Shown in pieces: positions 1 to 11,854 of a stretch of DNA of 64,000 nt. Location of the stretch: positions 1,991 to 65,990 of the forward strand of contig CAZNQE010000003.1 of assembly GCA_964575005.1 (NCBI GenBank), given 5' to 3'. This stretch comes from an uncultured Polaromonas sp. (GTDB lineage Bacteria > Pseudomonadota > Gammaproteobacteria > Burkholderiales > Burkholderiaceae_C). The stretch's first letter is position 1, and each line of letters opens with the position of its first letter. The notes beneath the pieces were generated by a model that ran no database searches, had not been told where the DNA came from, and saw only the letters and a program-made list of their open reading frames with translations. A program made the translations under genes and the position numbers.

Positions 1-184
1 CTGTTCCCTTCGGCGATGCGCTGAGCAGGCTGAGAGGCTTGTCCCTCAAGACGATTTCACGCAGCTCGCAAGCGATGCCGCTGCTGGCCAGCGCCAGCCG
101 CGCGCGCATGGCGTAAGGGCAGCGCCTGAAGGAATAAAGAACGGGAAGGGCGCGCTGACTTGTCAAAGCCGTCGATGCGTTCAC
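1..184 (-). CDS. Glutathione S-transferase family protein, N-terminal part (runs off window start)
   Basis: Not in the ORF track. Manual minus-strand translation from GTG at 184 gives ...[49 protein letters not shown], a GST N-domain. The start overlaps the trhO stop (GTGA). Confidence 0.85.
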   Translation of the reverse strand, partial: MNASTALTSQRALPVLYSFRRCPYAMRARLALASSGIACELREIVLRDKPLSLLSASPKGT

Positions 185-1182
185 TGCCTGTCGCCGTCAG
201 CTTTTGCTTCAAGCTGCGGCTTGACCTCAACCTTGAGCTTGGGCTCGCGCCGCACGCCAATGTGCCGCTGGTTGCGCTGCTTGGCCAGCGCAATCTGCTT
301 TTGGCGCTGGCGAAAGCCGGCCAGCTGCGCCTCGGTCTTGCTGCCGTGGCAGGCCGGGCAGGTCACACCGTCTTCATAGAGCGGCGAGAGTTTGTCTTCG
401 GCCGTGATCGGGTCGCGGCAGGAGCGGCACAGCTCCAGGTGGCCGGGTTTCAAGTCGTGGCCGACCGACACGCGCTCGTCAAACACGAAGCATTCGCCCG
501 ACCACGTGCTTTGCGTCTGCGGCACTTCTTCAAGGTATTTCAGGATGCCGCCTTCGAGGTGATAGACCTCGTCAAAGCCTTGGGTGCGCATGAAGGCGGT
601 GGACTTTTCGCAGCGGATGCCGCCCGTGCAGAACATGGCCACGCGTGGCTTTTTGCCATCCTTTGCGGCCAGTACGCCACCTTCGGCCATCTGAGCTGCC
701 ACCCATTCAGGCAATTCAGAAAAGCTGGTGGTCTCGGGGTTGATTGCGCCTTCAAAGGTGCCGACTTTGACTTCGTAGTCATTGCGCGTGTCGATCAAAA
801 TCACATCCGGGTCGCGGATCAGTGCGTTCCAATCCGCCGGCTTGACGTAATGCCCCGCCATGCGCGCCGGGTTGATGCCTTCCACGCCCAGCGTCACGAT
901 CTCTTTTTTCAGCCGCACCTTCATGCGATAGAAGGGCTCACGCGGGCTGCGCGATTCTTTATGTTCCAGCGTGGCCAGGCGCGGGTCTTGGCGCAGACGG
1001 GCCAGCACCGCGCGCACGCCAGCCTCGGGGCCGGCGATGGTGCCGTTGATGCCTTCGGCCGCCAGCAGCAGCGTGCCCTTGACCCCGTTCGCCTCGCAAA
1101 AAGCCTGTAGCGGCGCCTGCCACTCGGCAAAGTCGGGCAGGTCAATGAATTTGTAGAGTGCGGCGGTGAGGTAGTCAGACAT
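181..1182 (-). CDS. trhO: tRNA uridine(34) hydroxylase (rhodanese-domain, YceA/TrhO)
   Basis: Motifs [51 protein letters not shown]. Likely start MSDYLT at 1182. Confidence 0.9.
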   Translation of the reverse strand: MSDYLTAALYKFIDLPDFAEWQAPLQAFCEANGVKGTLLLAAEGINGTIAGPEAGVRAVLARLRQDPRLATLEHKESRSPREPFYRMKVRLKKEIVTLGVEGINPARMAGHYVKPADWNALIRDPDVILIDTRNDYEVKVGTFEGAINPETTSFSELPEWVAAQMAEGGVLAAKDGKKPRVAMFCTGGIRCEKSTAFMRTQGFDEVYHLEGGILKYLEEVPQTQSTWSGECFVFDERVSVGHDLKPGHLELCRSCRDPITAEDKLSPLYEDGVTCPACHGSKTEAQLAGFRQRQKQIALAKQRNQRHIGVRREPKLKVEVKPQLEAKADGDRQ

Positions 1183-1243
1183 GGGCGATAAGGGAGCTAG
1201 AAACGGCAAACCGCTATTTTCCCTGATCGCCAAGCGGCCGAGT

Positions 1244-1780
1244 TCAGGGCCGCGCCTGCCCGCTTTGCACGGCCTCGAATTGCGCGCGGAGCAACTCCAC
1301 CCGTTTTCGATTAGCCCCAAAGTCGAGCTGGCCCAGGCGGCTGGCCGAGCGCACATGAATCAGGCTGGCCGGCTCGTCGAGCAAGAATTCAAGGTCGTCT
1401 GTGAACTTGAGCCATCGGGTGCGCATTTCGGCGTGCAGGTAGCCGGGCGTTTGCGTCATGACCGTGGCGCCGGGGGTGGTACGCACGAGATCCGTGAGTT
1501 GGTGCATCGCTTGGGCGCCCGACCCTTTGAAACGCAGCGGCTCAATCTGGGCGTAGCTGCGCTGCGGATGATCCGGGTAAAGCCCGGCCTGGCTGGACAC
1601 GCTGTTGGGCGTGAGGCTGGGCGGCTGCAAACGGCCATCGCGCGCGCCCAGCCCTTGGGCAAAGGCCGAGCCCCAGCTCATGGCCAGCGCCAGCAGCAGC
1701 GCCACTGAACCCAGGCTTGGCGCAGGCATGGCCCCTGCAAACCTGTGCGCACGGTAGTCCACGGGCATTCGGGTGTTCAT
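1244..1780 (-). CDS. DUF1499 family protein
   Basis: Hydrophobic N-terminus, then [34 protein letters not shown]. Confidence 0.8.
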   Translation of the reverse strand: MNTRMPVDYRAHRFAGAMPAPSLGSVALLLALAMSWGSAFAQGLGARDGRLQPPSLTPNSVSSQAGLYPDHPQRSYAQIEPLRFKGSGAQAMHQLTDLVRTTPGATVMTQTPGYLHAEMRTRWLKFTDDLEFLLDEPASLIHVRSASRLGQLDFGANRKRVELLRAQFEAVQSGQARP

Positions 1781-1847
1781 TCGCTTCTCCTCAAATCAGG
1801 CTGGGCTTGCCATGTTCGCAGAAACCCGGCCTGCCTAGAATCCGCGC

Positions 1848-2828
1848 ATGCAAAACAGCCCTGACGCTCCAACACCAACTGCGGCAATTTTTCCCGAGCC
1901 AAGCCCAAGGTTACGCATCGCCGTCATGGGCGCAGGTGCCGTGGGTTGCTATTACGGCGGCATGCTCGCGCGTGCCGGCCACGCCGTCACCTTGATCGCC
2001 CGGCCGGTACATGTGCAGGCCATGGCGGCGCGCGGCCTGCGCATGCAGGGCCAGGGCTTTGACGAATGGGTGCCGCTTGCGGCCAGCTCAGACGCAGCGG
2101 CCGTGGCCACTGCCGACCTGGTGCTGCTTTGCGTGAAGTCGGCAGACACCGAGGCGGCGGGCCGTTTGATGGCGCCGCACCTGCCCTTGCAGGCTCTGGT
2201 GCTGAGCCTGCAAAACGGCGTGGACAACGCGGAGCGCCTGCAGGCTGTTTTGCCCGGTCATGCCGTGGCGGCCGCTGTGGTTTATGTGGCGGTTGAAATG
2301 GCCGGCCCAGGGCATGTGCTGCACAAGGGGCGGGGCGAGCTGGTGTTGGCACCCGCCCGTGCTGCAAAGAAAGACAGCTTGAGCAGTGAAGGCGCCGCAG
2401 CCGCACTGCGCGCCGCCGGCGTGCCCACCGAAGTGTCTGCCGCGGTGCGCCAAGCCCTGTGGACCAAGCTGGTGATCAACTGCGCCTACAACGCGATCTC
2501 GGCCATCAGCCAGCAGCCTTATGGCAAGACTTTCGACGCGCCAGGCATCCAGGGCGTGATGCAAGACGTGGTGAACGAATGCCTGGTGGTCGCCGCTGCT
2601 GATGGCGTGAACCTGCCAGTCAGCGTGCATGAAGCCGTGGCGAAAATTGCTCTGACCATGCCCGGCCAGTTGTCATCCACCGCGCAAGACTTGGCTCGTG
2701 CCAAGCCCAGCGAGATCGATTACCTCAACGGCCACGTGGTCAAACGCGGCGAGGCTTTGGGCATTCCAACGCCCGTCAACCGCACGCTGTGGAGTCTGGT
2801 GAAGTTGCTGGAGTCTGGCTCGGCTTAA
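1848..2828 (+). CDS. panE: 2-dehydropantoate 2-reductase (ketopantoate reductase family)
   Basis: GAGAVG Rossmann motif, CVKS, LQNG, WTKLVIN, SSTAQD, EIDYLNG. Confidence 0.85.
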   Translation: MQNSPDAPTPTAAIFPEPSPRLRIAVMGAGAVGCYYGGMLARAGHAVTLIARPVHVQAMAARGLRMQGQGFDEWVPLAASSDAAAVATADLVLLCVKSADTEAAGRLMAPHLPLQALVLSLQNGVDNAERLQAVLPGHAVAAAVVYVAVEMAGPGHVLHKGRGELVLAPARAAKKDSLSSEGAAAALRAAGVPTEVSAAVRQALWTKLVINCAYNAISAISQQPYGKTFDAPGIQGVMQDVVNECLVVAAADGVNLPVSVHEAVAKIALTMPGQLSSTAQDLARAKPSEIDYLNGHVVKRGEALGIPTPVNRTLWSLVKLLESGSA

Positions 2829-2855
2829 GCGCGGAGCGGTTGAGCGACAGTCGTC

Positions 2856-3569
2856 TTAACCTGCCAGCGCCACAAAGACGTTTTGCACGTCGTCATTGCC
2901 GTCAATGGCGGCCAGGAAAGCCTCGACTTCTTCCAGCTGCTCTGGGCTGAGCGTGGCCGGGTCTACCGGATTCTTGGCCTTGTAACCGAGCTTGGCCGAC
3001 AGCACTGTGAAGCCTTGGGCGGGCAGGGCGCGGCTCACGATGTCGAGATCCGTCGGGTCGGTGATGAAGAGCGTTGTGCCTTCCTCTTCGCCGGGCTCAA
3101 AGTCTTGCGCGCCCGCTTCGATGGCGGCCAGTTCGGCGTCGGCTCCGGCTTGCGCTGGCTCGGCTTCGATCATGCCCACGTGGTCAAAGTCCCAGGCCAC
3201 TGAGCCTGATGTGCCCAGTTGACCTTTGCGGAACAGCACCCGCATTTCAGGCGCGGTGCGGTTCACGTTGTCGGTCAGGCACTCGACCATCAAAGCCACG
3301 CGGTGCGGCGCAAAGCCTTCGTAAATCACATGTTCAAAATGCACCACTTCGCCCGTCAGGCCTGCGCCTTTTTTGATCGCGCGCTCCAGCGTTTCCTTGG
3401 GCATGGAGACCTTGCGCGCCTGTTCAACCACCAAACGAAGCTTGGCGTTTGATGCGGGGTCAGCGCCGCTGCGGGCCGCGACCATGATGTCCTTGGCCAG
3501 ACGGCCAAACAATTTACCCCGGGCGTCGGCTGCCTGTGCCTTGCCTTTTGCTTTCCACTGCGCGCCCAT
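2856..3569 (-). CDS. YebC/PmpR (TACO1) family protein, second paralogue
   Basis: MGAQWK start, [24 protein letters not shown]-terminus. Confidence 0.88.
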   Translation of the reverse strand: MGAQWKAKGKAQAADARGKLFGRLAKDIMVAARSGADPASNAKLRLVVEQARKVSMPKETLERAIKKGAGLTGEVVHFEHVIYEGFAPHRVALMVECLTDNVNRTAPEMRVLFRKGQLGTSGSVAWDFDHVGMIEAEPAQAGADAELAAIEAGAQDFEPGEEEGTTLFITDPTDLDIVSRALPAQGFTVLSAKLGYKAKNPVDPATLSPEQLEEVEAFLAAIDGNDDVQNVFVALAG

Positions 3570-3625
3570 GTCTGTTCCTTGAAGTTGTGCTGTGAAGCCC
3601 ACGCGGCCTCTATTGGGCAAGGAGT

Positions 3626-5107
3626 TTACAGACCGGCGCGACGTGGCGTCTTGCGGCGCTCGGCCACGCGCTCAAAAGTGAACAGGCTCACCAGCAAGCC
3701 CCCGGCTGATGACAGGTGATTGACCGCGCGCAGCGCTTCGAGCCCAAGTTCCTGAATCACCTTGCGCTCGCTGATTTCCACCCCTTCTTGAACGCGCGAC
3801 AAGGCGTGCAGAACATACAGGCCCATGGCCGCCGACAAGGCAAACAAAAACTCCCAATGCGCAAAGTCCAGCACCGAGATGTCGCCCCCGCCACGCGGCG
3901 CGATCCAGCGCACGATGATGGCCAGTTCATGCACGCTGAACCACTGCGCAATCACGCCGCCGGCAATTGGCGCCACGCCGCCCGCCACAGCCGACACCAG
4001 GCCAAGCATGGCTAGGTAGGAAGTCGCCTTGCCCTTGGGCGCGAGTTTCAGGCCCAGGTTGCCGGTGGCCAAGCTGGCCCCACCCGAGGCGATGCCCATG
4101 AGCACATGCAGCGCATAAAGCAGCGGCAGCTTGATGGCGGGCGCCATGCCGGCTGCCAGCACGATGCCCAGGATGGACAAAAAGTAAGCCGGAAACGCAA
4201 CACGCAGCACCGCCTTGTTGCTCAATCGGTCTGACAGCCGGCCCCAGAGGTTCAGCGCCGCCGCATTGGCCAACTGGCTGGTGACCCATAAAAGTGTGAT
4301 GACGCTCAAGGAAAAGCCGAGCTGCTGGATCAAATACACCGTGAGAAAGGGCGCGACCAGGTTGCTGGCCAGGTTCCAGCTGCCCAGCATCAGGGCCAGC
4401 TTGCGAAAGTTGGGGTTGAACATGGGCTCGCGCAGCATGTCCCGCAGGGGCATGGACGGGGTAGCCGGGTGCATTTCAGGCTCGGGCGCGCGGGCCAGGC
4501 AGGCCGAGCTGGCAAAGCCGGCCAGGCCCGCCGCAACAAAGGCCAGAGCAAAAGCGTAGTTAGCCTGCCCCAGCGGTGGGTGGTCCACCAGCAGGCCAGC
4601 TGCCAATGTGCCGCCGCAGGCCATCATGCTGGCAATCAACAGACGCTTGCTAAAAAACGCACCTAGCCCCGAAGGCGGCAAAAGCTGATGAAACCAGGAG
4701 TTGATGGCGCAAGCCGCAACCGACCCGAGCACGGCAATGACCAGTTGCGCTGCCAAAAGCAAAGGCAGCTGCCAGGGCCCGGGCACAAAAAACGGCAGCA
4801 AGCCCAAGAGCAAGATGACCAGGCGCGCCAAGTTGAGCGCGATCACACCGATTTTTTTACGGCGGCGGAATTTCTCGACGATGAAGATGGTTGGGAGTTG
4901 GACGGCCTGCGCGGCAAAGGGAATGGCGGCCAGTAGGCCGATGACCATGGGTTGGGCGCCCAGGCTGAGCGCAAAAGCCACCAGCACCACGCCCCCAGAC
5001 CAGCCGCTTGCCAGGCTGGCCCAGGCAGAGTCCCACACGAGGGCACGTTGGCCTGAAGCCAGTGCGTCGGCTCCCACCGCGGGCACCGGGTCGAGGTTCT
5101 TGAACAT
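3626..5107 (-). CDS. MFS transporter
   Basis: About 12 hydrophobic segments; [14 protein letters not shown] loop motif. Confidence 0.8.
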   Translation of the reverse strand: MFKNLDPVPAVGADALASGQRALVWDSAWASLASGWSGGVVLVAFALSLGAQPMVIGLLAAIPFAAQAVQLPTIFIVEKFRRRKKIGVIALNLARLVILLLGLLPFFVPGPWQLPLLLAAQLVIAVLGSVAACAINSWFHQLLPPSGLGAFFSKRLLIASMMACGGTLAAGLLVDHPPLGQANYAFALAFVAAGLAGFASSACLARAPEPEMHPATPSMPLRDMLREPMFNPNFRKLALMLGSWNLASNLVAPFLTVYLIQQLGFSLSVITLLWVTSQLANAAALNLWGRLSDRLSNKAVLRVAFPAYFLSILGIVLAAGMAPAIKLPLLYALHVLMGIASGGASLATGNLGLKLAPKGKATSYLAMLGLVSAVAGGVAPIAGGVIAQWFSVHELAIIVRWIAPRGGGDISVLDFAHWEFLFALSAAMGLYVLHALSRVQEGVEISERKVIQELGLEALRAVNHLSSAGGLLVSLFTFERVAERRKTPRRAGL

Positions 5108-5183
5108 GCGGCCCCATTCTTGGGGCTCAGCTCAAGCGAGCTTGTAGGACAAGGCGCAAGCCCTTGCCTTGCGCTTGACGGTT

Positions 5184-5834
5184 TTACTTGGTGCCAAAAA
5201 TGCGGTCACCCGCATCGCCCAGGCCGGGCAAGATGTAGCCGTGGTCGTTGAGTTCACGGTCAATCGCGGCGGTAAAAACAGGCACGTCTGGGTGTGCTGC
5301 CTGAAGGGCTTGGATGCCTTCAGGACAAGCCAGCAGGCACAAGAATTTGATCGACTTGGGCTGCAGAACCTTAAGCCGCTGGACCGCCGCAATGGCCGAG
5401 TTTCCCGTGGCCAGCATCGGGTCCACCACCACGATGTCGCGCTCTTGCATATCCTGCGGCATCTTGAAGTAATACTCGACCGGCTCCAAGGTGTTCGGGT
5501 CGCGGTACAGCCCCACATGGCCCACACGGGCTCCGGGGACCACGCTCAGCATGCCCTCCAAAATGCCGTTGCCGGCGCGCAGGATAGACACAAACACCAG
5601 CTTCTTGCCGTCGATCACCGGGGACTGCATGGTCTCCAGGGGCGTTTCGATGTCGACCAATTGCGTGGCCATGTCTCGCGTCACTTCATAGGCCATGAGC
5701 ATGCTGACTTCATTGAGCAGCGTGCGGAAGGTGTGCGTGCTGGCGTCCTTGCGTCGCATCAGCGTGAGCTTGTGCTGCACCAGCGGATGGGTGACAACGG
5801 TGACGGGGGCGAGGGCGACAGCAGGTGGGTTCAT
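5184..5834 (-). CDS. upp: Uracil phosphoribosyltransferase
   Basis: [41 protein letters not shown]. Confidence 0.97.
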   Translation of the reverse strand: MNPPAVALAPVTVVTHPLVQHKLTLMRRKDASTHTFRTLLNEVSMLMAYEVTRDMATQLVDIETPLETMQSPVIDGKKLVFVSILRAGNGILEGMLSVVPGARVGHVGLYRDPNTLEPVEYYFKMPQDMQERDIVVVDPMLATGNSAIAAVQRLKVLQPKSIKFLCLLACPEGIQALQAAHPDVPVFTAAIDRELNDHGYILPGLGDAGDRIFGTK

Positions 5835-5897
5835 GGCTTTGTTGTTTTGGAGGGAAGACTGCAGGCTCTGCTGCGGGCAGCCCCGGGACAGTGATTT

Positions 5898-7397
5898 TCA
5901 GCGCCGCTTGCCACCAAAAATCCCGCCCAGAACCCCACGAATGATCTCACGACCCACTGTGCTGCCCATGGTCCGCACGGCGGACTTGACCAGCATCTGC
6001 GCCACGCCGTCGCGCTGGCCACCGCGCGGTCCGGTGCTACCAAAGACGAGGTCGCTAAACCCACCCAGCGCGCCGCCGCTGGCTTTGCTCTCGGCCTCGG
6101 CGGCGGTGGCCGCCGTTTCCTGCACACGGGCGCTCAGCATCTCGTGGGCCGACTCGCGGTTGACGTTTTTTTCATACACGCCCGCCACCAGAGAGCTTTG
6201 CAGCAAAGCTTGCCGCTGCGCTGGACTGATGGGCCCGAGCTGGCTGGCTGGCGGCAGCACAAACACGCGCTCGGTCACGCCGGGACGGCCTTTGCTGTCG
6301 AGCAAACTCACCAGTGCCTCACCCACGGCCAGCTCGGTGATGGCGGTTTCTATGTCCAGGCCCGGCTTTTGGCGCATGGTCTGCGCCGTGGCCTTGACGG
6401 CTTTCTGGTCGCGCGGGGTGAAGGCGCGCAGTGCGTGCTGCACACGGTTGCCCAGCTGCGCCAACACTGAATCGGGAATGTCCAGCGGGTTTTGGGTGAC
6501 GAAATAAACGCCCACGCCCTTGGACCGCACCAGGCGCACCACCAGCTCGATGCGCTCGATCAGCACCTTGGGCGCTTCATTGAAGAGCAAGTGCGCCTCG
6601 TCAAAAAAGAACACCAGCTTGGGTTTTTCAACATCACCCACTTCAGGCAATTGCTCGAAGAGCTCAGACAGCATCCACAGCAAGAAAGTGGCGTAAAGCC
6701 GCGGCGAGTTCAGCAGCTTGTCAGCCGCCAGCACGTTCACGAAGCCGTGGCCGGCGCTGTCGGTCTGCATGAAGTCGTTGATGTCCAGCATGGGCTCGCC
6801 AAAAAACTGCGTACCGCCCTGGGTTTCGATCTGCATCAAGCCGCGCTGGATGGCGCCCACGCTGGCAGCGCTGATGTTGCCGTATTGGGTGGTGAACTGG
6901 CGTGCGTTGTCGCCCACGTGCTGCAGCATGCTGCGCAGGTCGGCCAGGTCCAGCAGCAAAAGGCCGCTGTCGTCGGCGATCTTGAACACCAGGTTCAGCA
7001 CGCCGGCCTGGGTTTCATTGAGGTTGAGCATGCGGCCCAGCAGCAGCGGCCCCATGTCAGACACAGTGGCCCGCACCGGGTGGCCTTGCTCGCCAAAAAC
7101 GTCCCACAGCTGGGTGGGGCAGGCCGTCGGCTCAGGTAAATCCAGGCCGCGCTCTTTCAGGATGCCGGCCAGTTTGTCGCCGATCTGGCCTGGCTGGCTG
7201 ATGCCGGTCAGGTCGCCCTTGACGTCGGCCATGAAGACCGGCACGCCGATCTGAGAGAAGCCTTGCGCCAGGGTTTGCAGCGTCACTGTCTTGCCGGTGC
7301 CAGTGGCCCCGGTGATCAGGCCGTGCCGGTTGGCCAGCTCGGGCAAGAGGTGGCAGGCGATGGTGGCGTTTTTGGCAATGAGCAGCGGTTCGGCCAT
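5898..7397 (-). CDS. HerA-like ATPase, DUF853/YjgR family
   Basis: [15 protein letters not shown] Walker A, FFDEAH Walker [20 protein letters not shown]. Confidence 0.88.
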   Translation of the reverse strand: MAEPLLIAKNATIACHLLPELANRHGLITGATGTGKTVTLQTLAQGFSQIGVPVFMADVKGDLTGISQPGQIGDKLAGILKERGLDLPEPTACPTQLWDVFGEQGHPVRATVSDMGPLLLGRMLNLNETQAGVLNLVFKIADDSGLLLLDLADLRSMLQHVGDNARQFTTQYGNISAASVGAIQRGLMQIETQGGTQFFGEPMLDINDFMQTDSAGHGFVNVLAADKLLNSPRLYATFLLWMLSELFEQLPEVGDVEKPKLVFFFDEAHLLFNEAPKVLIERIELVVRLVRSKGVGVYFVTQNPLDIPDSVLAQLGNRVQHALRAFTPRDQKAVKATAQTMRQKPGLDIETAITELAVGEALVSLLDSKGRPGVTERVFVLPPASQLGPISPAQRQALLQSSLVAGVYEKNVNRESAHEMLSARVQETAATAAEAESKASGGALGGFSDLVFGSTGPRGGQRDGVAQMLVKSAVRTMGSTVGREIIRGVLGGIFGGKRR

Positions 7398-7469
7398 GGC
7401 GTTCCTTGGGGTGTCGGCGAAAAGTAAAATACGAGATTAATTCAGATCATCCCCCAGACAAGGACTTTC

Positions 7470-8189
7470 GTGGCCGGACACAGCAAATGGGCGAACATTC
7501 AACACCGCAAGGGTCGCCAGGATGAAAAACGCCAGCGCGTCTGGACCCGCGTGATGCGCGAGATCATGGTCGCGGCCCGCATGGGCGGCGGCGACCTGAG
7601 CGCCAATCCGCGCCTGCGCCTGGCCATTGAAAAGGCCAAGGCAGCCAACATGCCCAACGAAAACGTCAAATATGGCATTGCCAAGGCGACGGGCAACCTG
7701 GAAGGCGTTCAGTACGAAGAAGTGCGCTACGAGGGCTACGGCATCGGCGGCGCGGCCATCATCGTGGACTGCATGACCGACAACCGCGTGCGCACGGTGG
7801 CTGTCGTGCGGCATGCGTTTTCAAAGCACGGCGGCAACATGGGCACCGAGGGTTCGGTGGCGTTTCAGTTCAAGCACTGCGGCCAGCTCATCTTTGCCCC
7901 CGGCGTGAGTGAAGACAAGGTGATGGAAATCGCCCTTGAAGCTGGCGCGGAAGACGTGATCACGGACGAAGACGGCGCCATCGAGGTGTTGACCGCGTAC
8001 ACGGACTTCGAGAAAGTGAAGAACGCGCTGGAAGCCGCAGGCCTCACGCCTGAAGTGGCCGAAGTCACCATGCGCGCCGACAACAGCATTGAACTCAGCG
8101 GCGATGATGCCCAGAAAATGCAGCGCCTCCTGGACGTGCTGGAAGACCTGGACGACACGCAAGACGTGTTTCATAACGCGGCGCTGTAG
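7470..8189 (+). CDS. yebC: YebC/PmpR family protein
   Basis: [27 protein letters not shown]. Confidence 0.93.
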   Translation: MAGHSKWANIQHRKGRQDEKRQRVWTRVMREIMVAARMGGGDLSANPRLRLAIEKAKAANMPNENVKYGIAKATGNLEGVQYEEVRYEGYGIGGAAIIVDCMTDNRVRTVAVVRHAFSKHGGNMGTEGSVAFQFKHCGQLIFAPGVSEDKVMEIALEAGAEDVITDEDGAIEVLTAYTDFEKVKNALEAAGLTPEVAEVTMRADNSIELSGDDAQKMQRLLDVLEDLDDTQDVFHNAAL

Positions 8190-8251
8190 TCCACGCATCC
8201 CCTCTTTAATTCGGCGCTGGGTTTTGCCCCCGCGCAACAAGGTTTGACTCC

Positions 8252-9577
8252 ATGAAAGTTTTGGTTGTAGGTGGTGGTGGTCGCGAGCACGCGCTGGCCT
8301 GGAAGATGGCGCAGTCGCCCAAGGTGCAAGCGGTTTACGTGGCGCCCGGCAATGGCGGCACGGCGCTGGACGCCCGGCTTGAGAACATTGATGTCACTGA
8401 TGTCAAAGCCCTGCGCGCTTGGGCGATGGACAACAAAATTGGGCTGACCGTGGTCGGCCCCGAGCAGCCGCTGGCCGCCGGTATCGTCGATGAATTTCGC
8501 GCGCACGGCCTGCGCGTCTTCGGCCCTACGCAAGCGGCCGCGCAACTCGAAAGCTCCAAGGCTTTTTCCAAAGCCTTCATGCAGCGCCACGGCATCCCGA
8601 CCGCTGAATACGAAACCTTCCGTGACCCCGTGGCAGCCCATGCCTATGTGGACTTGAAGGGCGCGCCCATCGTGGTCAAAGCCGATGGCTTGGCCGCAGG
8701 CAAGGGCGTGGTCGTGGCCATGACCGTGGCCGAAGCGCACGAGGCCATTGACTTCATGCTCGCGTCCAACGCCGACTTCAACCCGCTTGGCGTGAAGCAC
8801 AACGAAGGCGGCGCGCGCGTCGTGATCGAGGAGTTTTTGCAGGGCGAAGAAGCCAGCTTCATCGTGATGTGCGACGGCAAAAATGTGACCGCGCTGGCCA
8901 CCAGCCAAGACCACAAGCGTTTGCTGGACGGCGACGCCGGCCCGAACACCGGCGGCATGGGCGCTTATTCGCCCGCGCCCGTGGTCACGCCGCAAGTGCA
9001 CGCACGGGCCATGCGAGAGATCATCTTGCCAACCATCAAGGGCATGGCGCAAGACGGCATTCCGTTCACAGGCTTTCTATACGCGGGCTTGATGATCGAC
9101 AAAGAGGGCCATCCCAAGACGCTGGAGTTCAACTGCCGCATGGGCGACCCCGAGACCCAGCCCATCTTGATGCGACTCAAATCTGATTTGTTCGACGTGA
9201 TGATGGCCGCCACCTCTGGCCGGCTTGACGAGGTGGAGCTTGAATGGGACCGTCGGCCTGCATTGGGCGTGGTCATGGCTGCGGCAGGCTATCCACTTCA
9301 GCCGCGCAAAGGCGACCTCGTGAGCGGCTGGCCTGCGGACACGCAGCACGGCGACACCGATGCCATGGTCTTTCATGCCGGCACCCAGACACCGAAACCT
9401 GGCGCGGCGGCCAAGGGCGAGGTGCTGACCTCGGGCGGGCGGGTGCTGTGCGTCACGGCGCTGGGCAGCAACCTCAAAGAAGCGCAGCAGCGGGCTTATG
9501 AAGTGGTGTCAGGCATTCAATTTGCCGGCGCGCAGTACCGGCGCGACATCGGCTTTCGGGCCCTGAAAGCCGGATGA
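8252..9577 (+). CDS. purD: Phosphoribosylamine-glycine ligase
   Basis: GGGGREHALAW, KADGLAAGKGV, GPNTGGMGAYSP, EFNCRMGDPE. Confidence 0.97.
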   Translation: MKVLVVGGGGREHALAWKMAQSPKVQAVYVAPGNGGTALDARLENIDVTDVKALRAWAMDNKIGLTVVGPEQPLAAGIVDEFRAHGLRVFGPTQAAAQLESSKAFSKAFMQRHGIPTAEYETFRDPVAAHAYVDLKGAPIVVKADGLAAGKGVVVAMTVAEAHEAIDFMLASNADFNPLGVKHNEGGARVVIEEFLQGEEASFIVMCDGKNVTALATSQDHKRLLDGDAGPNTGGMGAYSPAPVVTPQVHARAMREIILPTIKGMAQDGIPFTGFLYAGLMIDKEGHPKTLEFNCRMGDPETQPILMRLKSDLFDVMMAATSGRLDEVELEWDRRPALGVVMAAAGYPLQPRKGDLVSGWPADTQHGDTDAMVFHAGTQTPKPGAAAKGEVLTSGGRVLCVTALGSNLKEAQQRAYEVVSGIQFAGAQYRRDIGFRALKAG

Positions 9578-10218
9578 GCGGCGGTTTGATCCGGGTGGCC
9601 ACGCCTGAAGCGCCGCATCCCGTGCAGTTCAAGGGGAACAGGATCGCGCAATGGTTGCTGCGCCGCCTGGGCTGGCGCTTTGAGTTTGAAGGCCTGCCCG
9701 CCCGGCAGGGGGTGTTCGTGGTGTATCCGCACACGTCCAATTGGGATTTTCCGATGGGCCTGTTGCTCAAGTGGGCGATGGGCATCGAAGTCAACTTTTG
9801 GGGCAAGGATTCGCTGTTTCGCTTTCCCGTTTTCAGCCACTGGTTGCGCTGGGTGGGCGGTGTGCCGCTGGCACGCAGCAAGAGCCAAGGCGTGGTCGAG
9901 CAGATGGTGGCGCAGATGCGCGGCAAAAAAGACCGCGCTGAATACTTCTGGCTGGCGCTGTCGCCTGAAGGCACGCGCAGTTTTCGCCCCGGCTGGCGCA
10001 GCGGGTTTTATCGCCTGGCGTATGAAGCTGAGGTGCCGCTGGGCTTGGTCAGTTTTGACTACGGCCAGCGCGTTTTTTCATGCCGCCGGTTCATGACGCT
10101 CAGCGGCGATCGCGCCGCAGACATGCAAGTGATCGCCAGCGCCTTTGACGGCGTGAGTGGCTTCAGACCCGCCCTGGCCGCGCCTGTGCGCCTGGGTTCA
10201 GATGGAGACAAAACGTGA
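9574..10218 (+). CDS. Lysophospholipid acyltransferase (PlsC-like)
   Basis: HTSNWD (HxxxxD) and PEGTR motifs. Confidence 0.85.
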   Translation: MSGGLIRVATPEAPHPVQFKGNRIAQWLLRRLGWRFEFEGLPARQGVFVVYPHTSNWDFPMGLLLKWAMGIEVNFWGKDSLFRFPVFSHWLRWVGGVPLARSKSQGVVEQMVAQMRGKKDRAEYFWLALSPEGTRSFRPGWRSGFYRLAYEAEVPLGLVSFDYGQRVFSCRRFMTLSGDRAADMQVIASAFDGVSGFRPALAAPVRLGSDGDKT

Positions 10219-11171
10219 GCAAAAACATTAGCTTGGTGCCTGCAAGCACCTCGGTTGACAAAATCGACACCGCCGCCGGCCGCAGCTTTTTGCTGGGCTT
10301 GCAAAGCCGCATCACCTCGGCCTTGGCCGCGATTGACGGTGGCGCCTTTGTTTCTGACGAATGGTCCAAGGCACCCGGCGAGCCCTTGCAGGGCAACGGC
10401 GTGACGCAGATTCTGGAAAACGGCAAGGTGTTTGAGCGCGCGGGTTGCGGCTTTTCGCATGTGCGCGGCGCCAGCTTGCCGCCTTCGGCCACGCAACACC
10501 GGCCCGAATTGGCTGGCGCGCCTTTTGAAGCCATGGGCGTGTCGCTGGTGTTTCACCCGCGCAATCCTTATGTGCCCACGGTGCACATGAACGTTCGCAT
10601 GTTGACCGCGACACCGGCCAATGGTGCAGCGGCCTGCTGGTTTGGCGGCGGCATGGACTTGACGCCGTACTACCCGTTTGAAGAAGACGCGGTGCACTTT
10701 CACCAGACCTGCAAGGACGCCTTGAGCCCCTTTGGTGACGACAAGTACCCGCGCTTTAAAACCTGGTGCGACGACTATTTTTTCTTGAAGCACCGGCAAG
10801 AAGCACGCGGCATTGGCGGCGTGTTTTTTGACGACTTTCAAGAATTGGGCATGACGCAAAGCTTTGCCATGATGCAAAGCGTGGCCAATGCTTTCTTGCC
10901 GGCTTATCTGCCCTTGGTCGAGCGGCGCAAAGACACGCCCTACGGCGAGCGCGAGCGAGAATTTCAGCTATACCGGCGCGGGCGCTACGTCGAGTTCAAT
11001 CTGGTGTGGGATCGCGGCACGCACTTTGGCCTGCAGTCGGGTGGGCGCACAGAATCCATCCTCATGTCCATGCCGCCCCTGGCGAGTTGGTCATACCGGC
11101 GTGAAGACCTGCCCGAGTCGCCCGAGGCAGCACTCACGCGCGACTTTTTGCCACGCCGGGACTGGGTTTGA
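10215..11171 (+). CDS. hemF: Oxygen-dependent coproporphyrinogen III oxidase
   Basis: [39 protein letters not shown]. Confidence 0.97.
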   Translation: MSKNISLVPASTSVDKIDTAAGRSFLLGLQSRITSALAAIDGGAFVSDEWSKAPGEPLQGNGVTQILENGKVFERAGCGFSHVRGASLPPSATQHRPELAGAPFEAMGVSLVFHPRNPYVPTVHMNVRMLTATPANGAAACWFGGGMDLTPYYPFEEDAVHFHQTCKDALSPFGDDKYPRFKTWCDDYFFLKHRQEARGIGGVFFDDFQELGMTQSFAMMQSVANAFLPAYLPLVERRKDTPYGEREREFQLYRRGRYVEFNLVWDRGTHFGLQSGGRTESILMSMPPLASWSYRREDLPESPEAALTRDFLPRRDWV

Positions 11172-11833
11172 CGCCAAGTTTGCGCATCGGCGTTTTTGGC
11201 GGTGCGTTCGACCCACCGCACACCGCGCATTTGGCACTGGCCCGTGCGGCTGTCGAACAACTCTCGCTCGATGAATTGCGCGTCATCCCCACCGGCGACG
11301 CTTGGCATAAAACCCGGCCCCTGAGCCCGGCCGCCCATCGCTTGAAGATGTGCGAACTGGCATTTGGTGGCTTGCCCAAGGTGCTCGTGGACGACCTCGA
11401 GCTCAGGCGCAGCGGCCCCAGTTACACCATCGACACGCTGGAATCCCTGCGGGCAGAGTTGCCGAATAGCGAGCTTTTCCTCTTGATCGGCGGCGACCAG
11501 TGGGCCGCGTTTTCGAGCTGGCATCGGTGGCAAGATATACTCGCGCTCGCGTCTTTGGCCGTGGTTGAACGCCCACCAAGTGCGCAGGCTCCAGCCGCGG
11601 TCCAGGTGCCCGCCTCCTGGCCGCCATCGGCCAAGGTGCTCAGGTTGCAGGTCCCGGCGATGCCGATCAGCGCCACCGCCATTCGCCAAAAGCTTAGCTT
11701 TTACAGCGCACACACTTCGGCACAAGCGACACCCGCTTGGGCCACAGACCCTGAGCTTGCAAGCATGTTGCCCGAGCCGGTTGCGCGTTATATTTCACTT
11801 CATGGGCTTTACCAAGCCCGCTCTTCCTCTTAA
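11168..11833 (+). CDS. nadD: Nicotinate-nucleotide adenylyltransferase
   Basis: [29 protein letters not shown]; sits in the usual nadD-rsfS-rlmH order. Confidence 0.92.
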   Translation: MTPSLRIGVFGGAFDPPHTAHLALARAAVEQLSLDELRVIPTGDAWHKTRPLSPAAHRLKMCELAFGGLPKVLVDDLELRRSGPSYTIDTLESLRAELPNSELFLLIGGDQWAAFSSWHRWQDILALASLAVVERPPSAQAPAAVQVPASWPPSAKVLRLQVPAMPISATAIRQKLSFYSAHTSAQATPAWATDPELASMLPEPVARYISLHGLYQARSSS

Positions 11834-11854
11834 AGCTTTTCCAAAGCCCACTGC

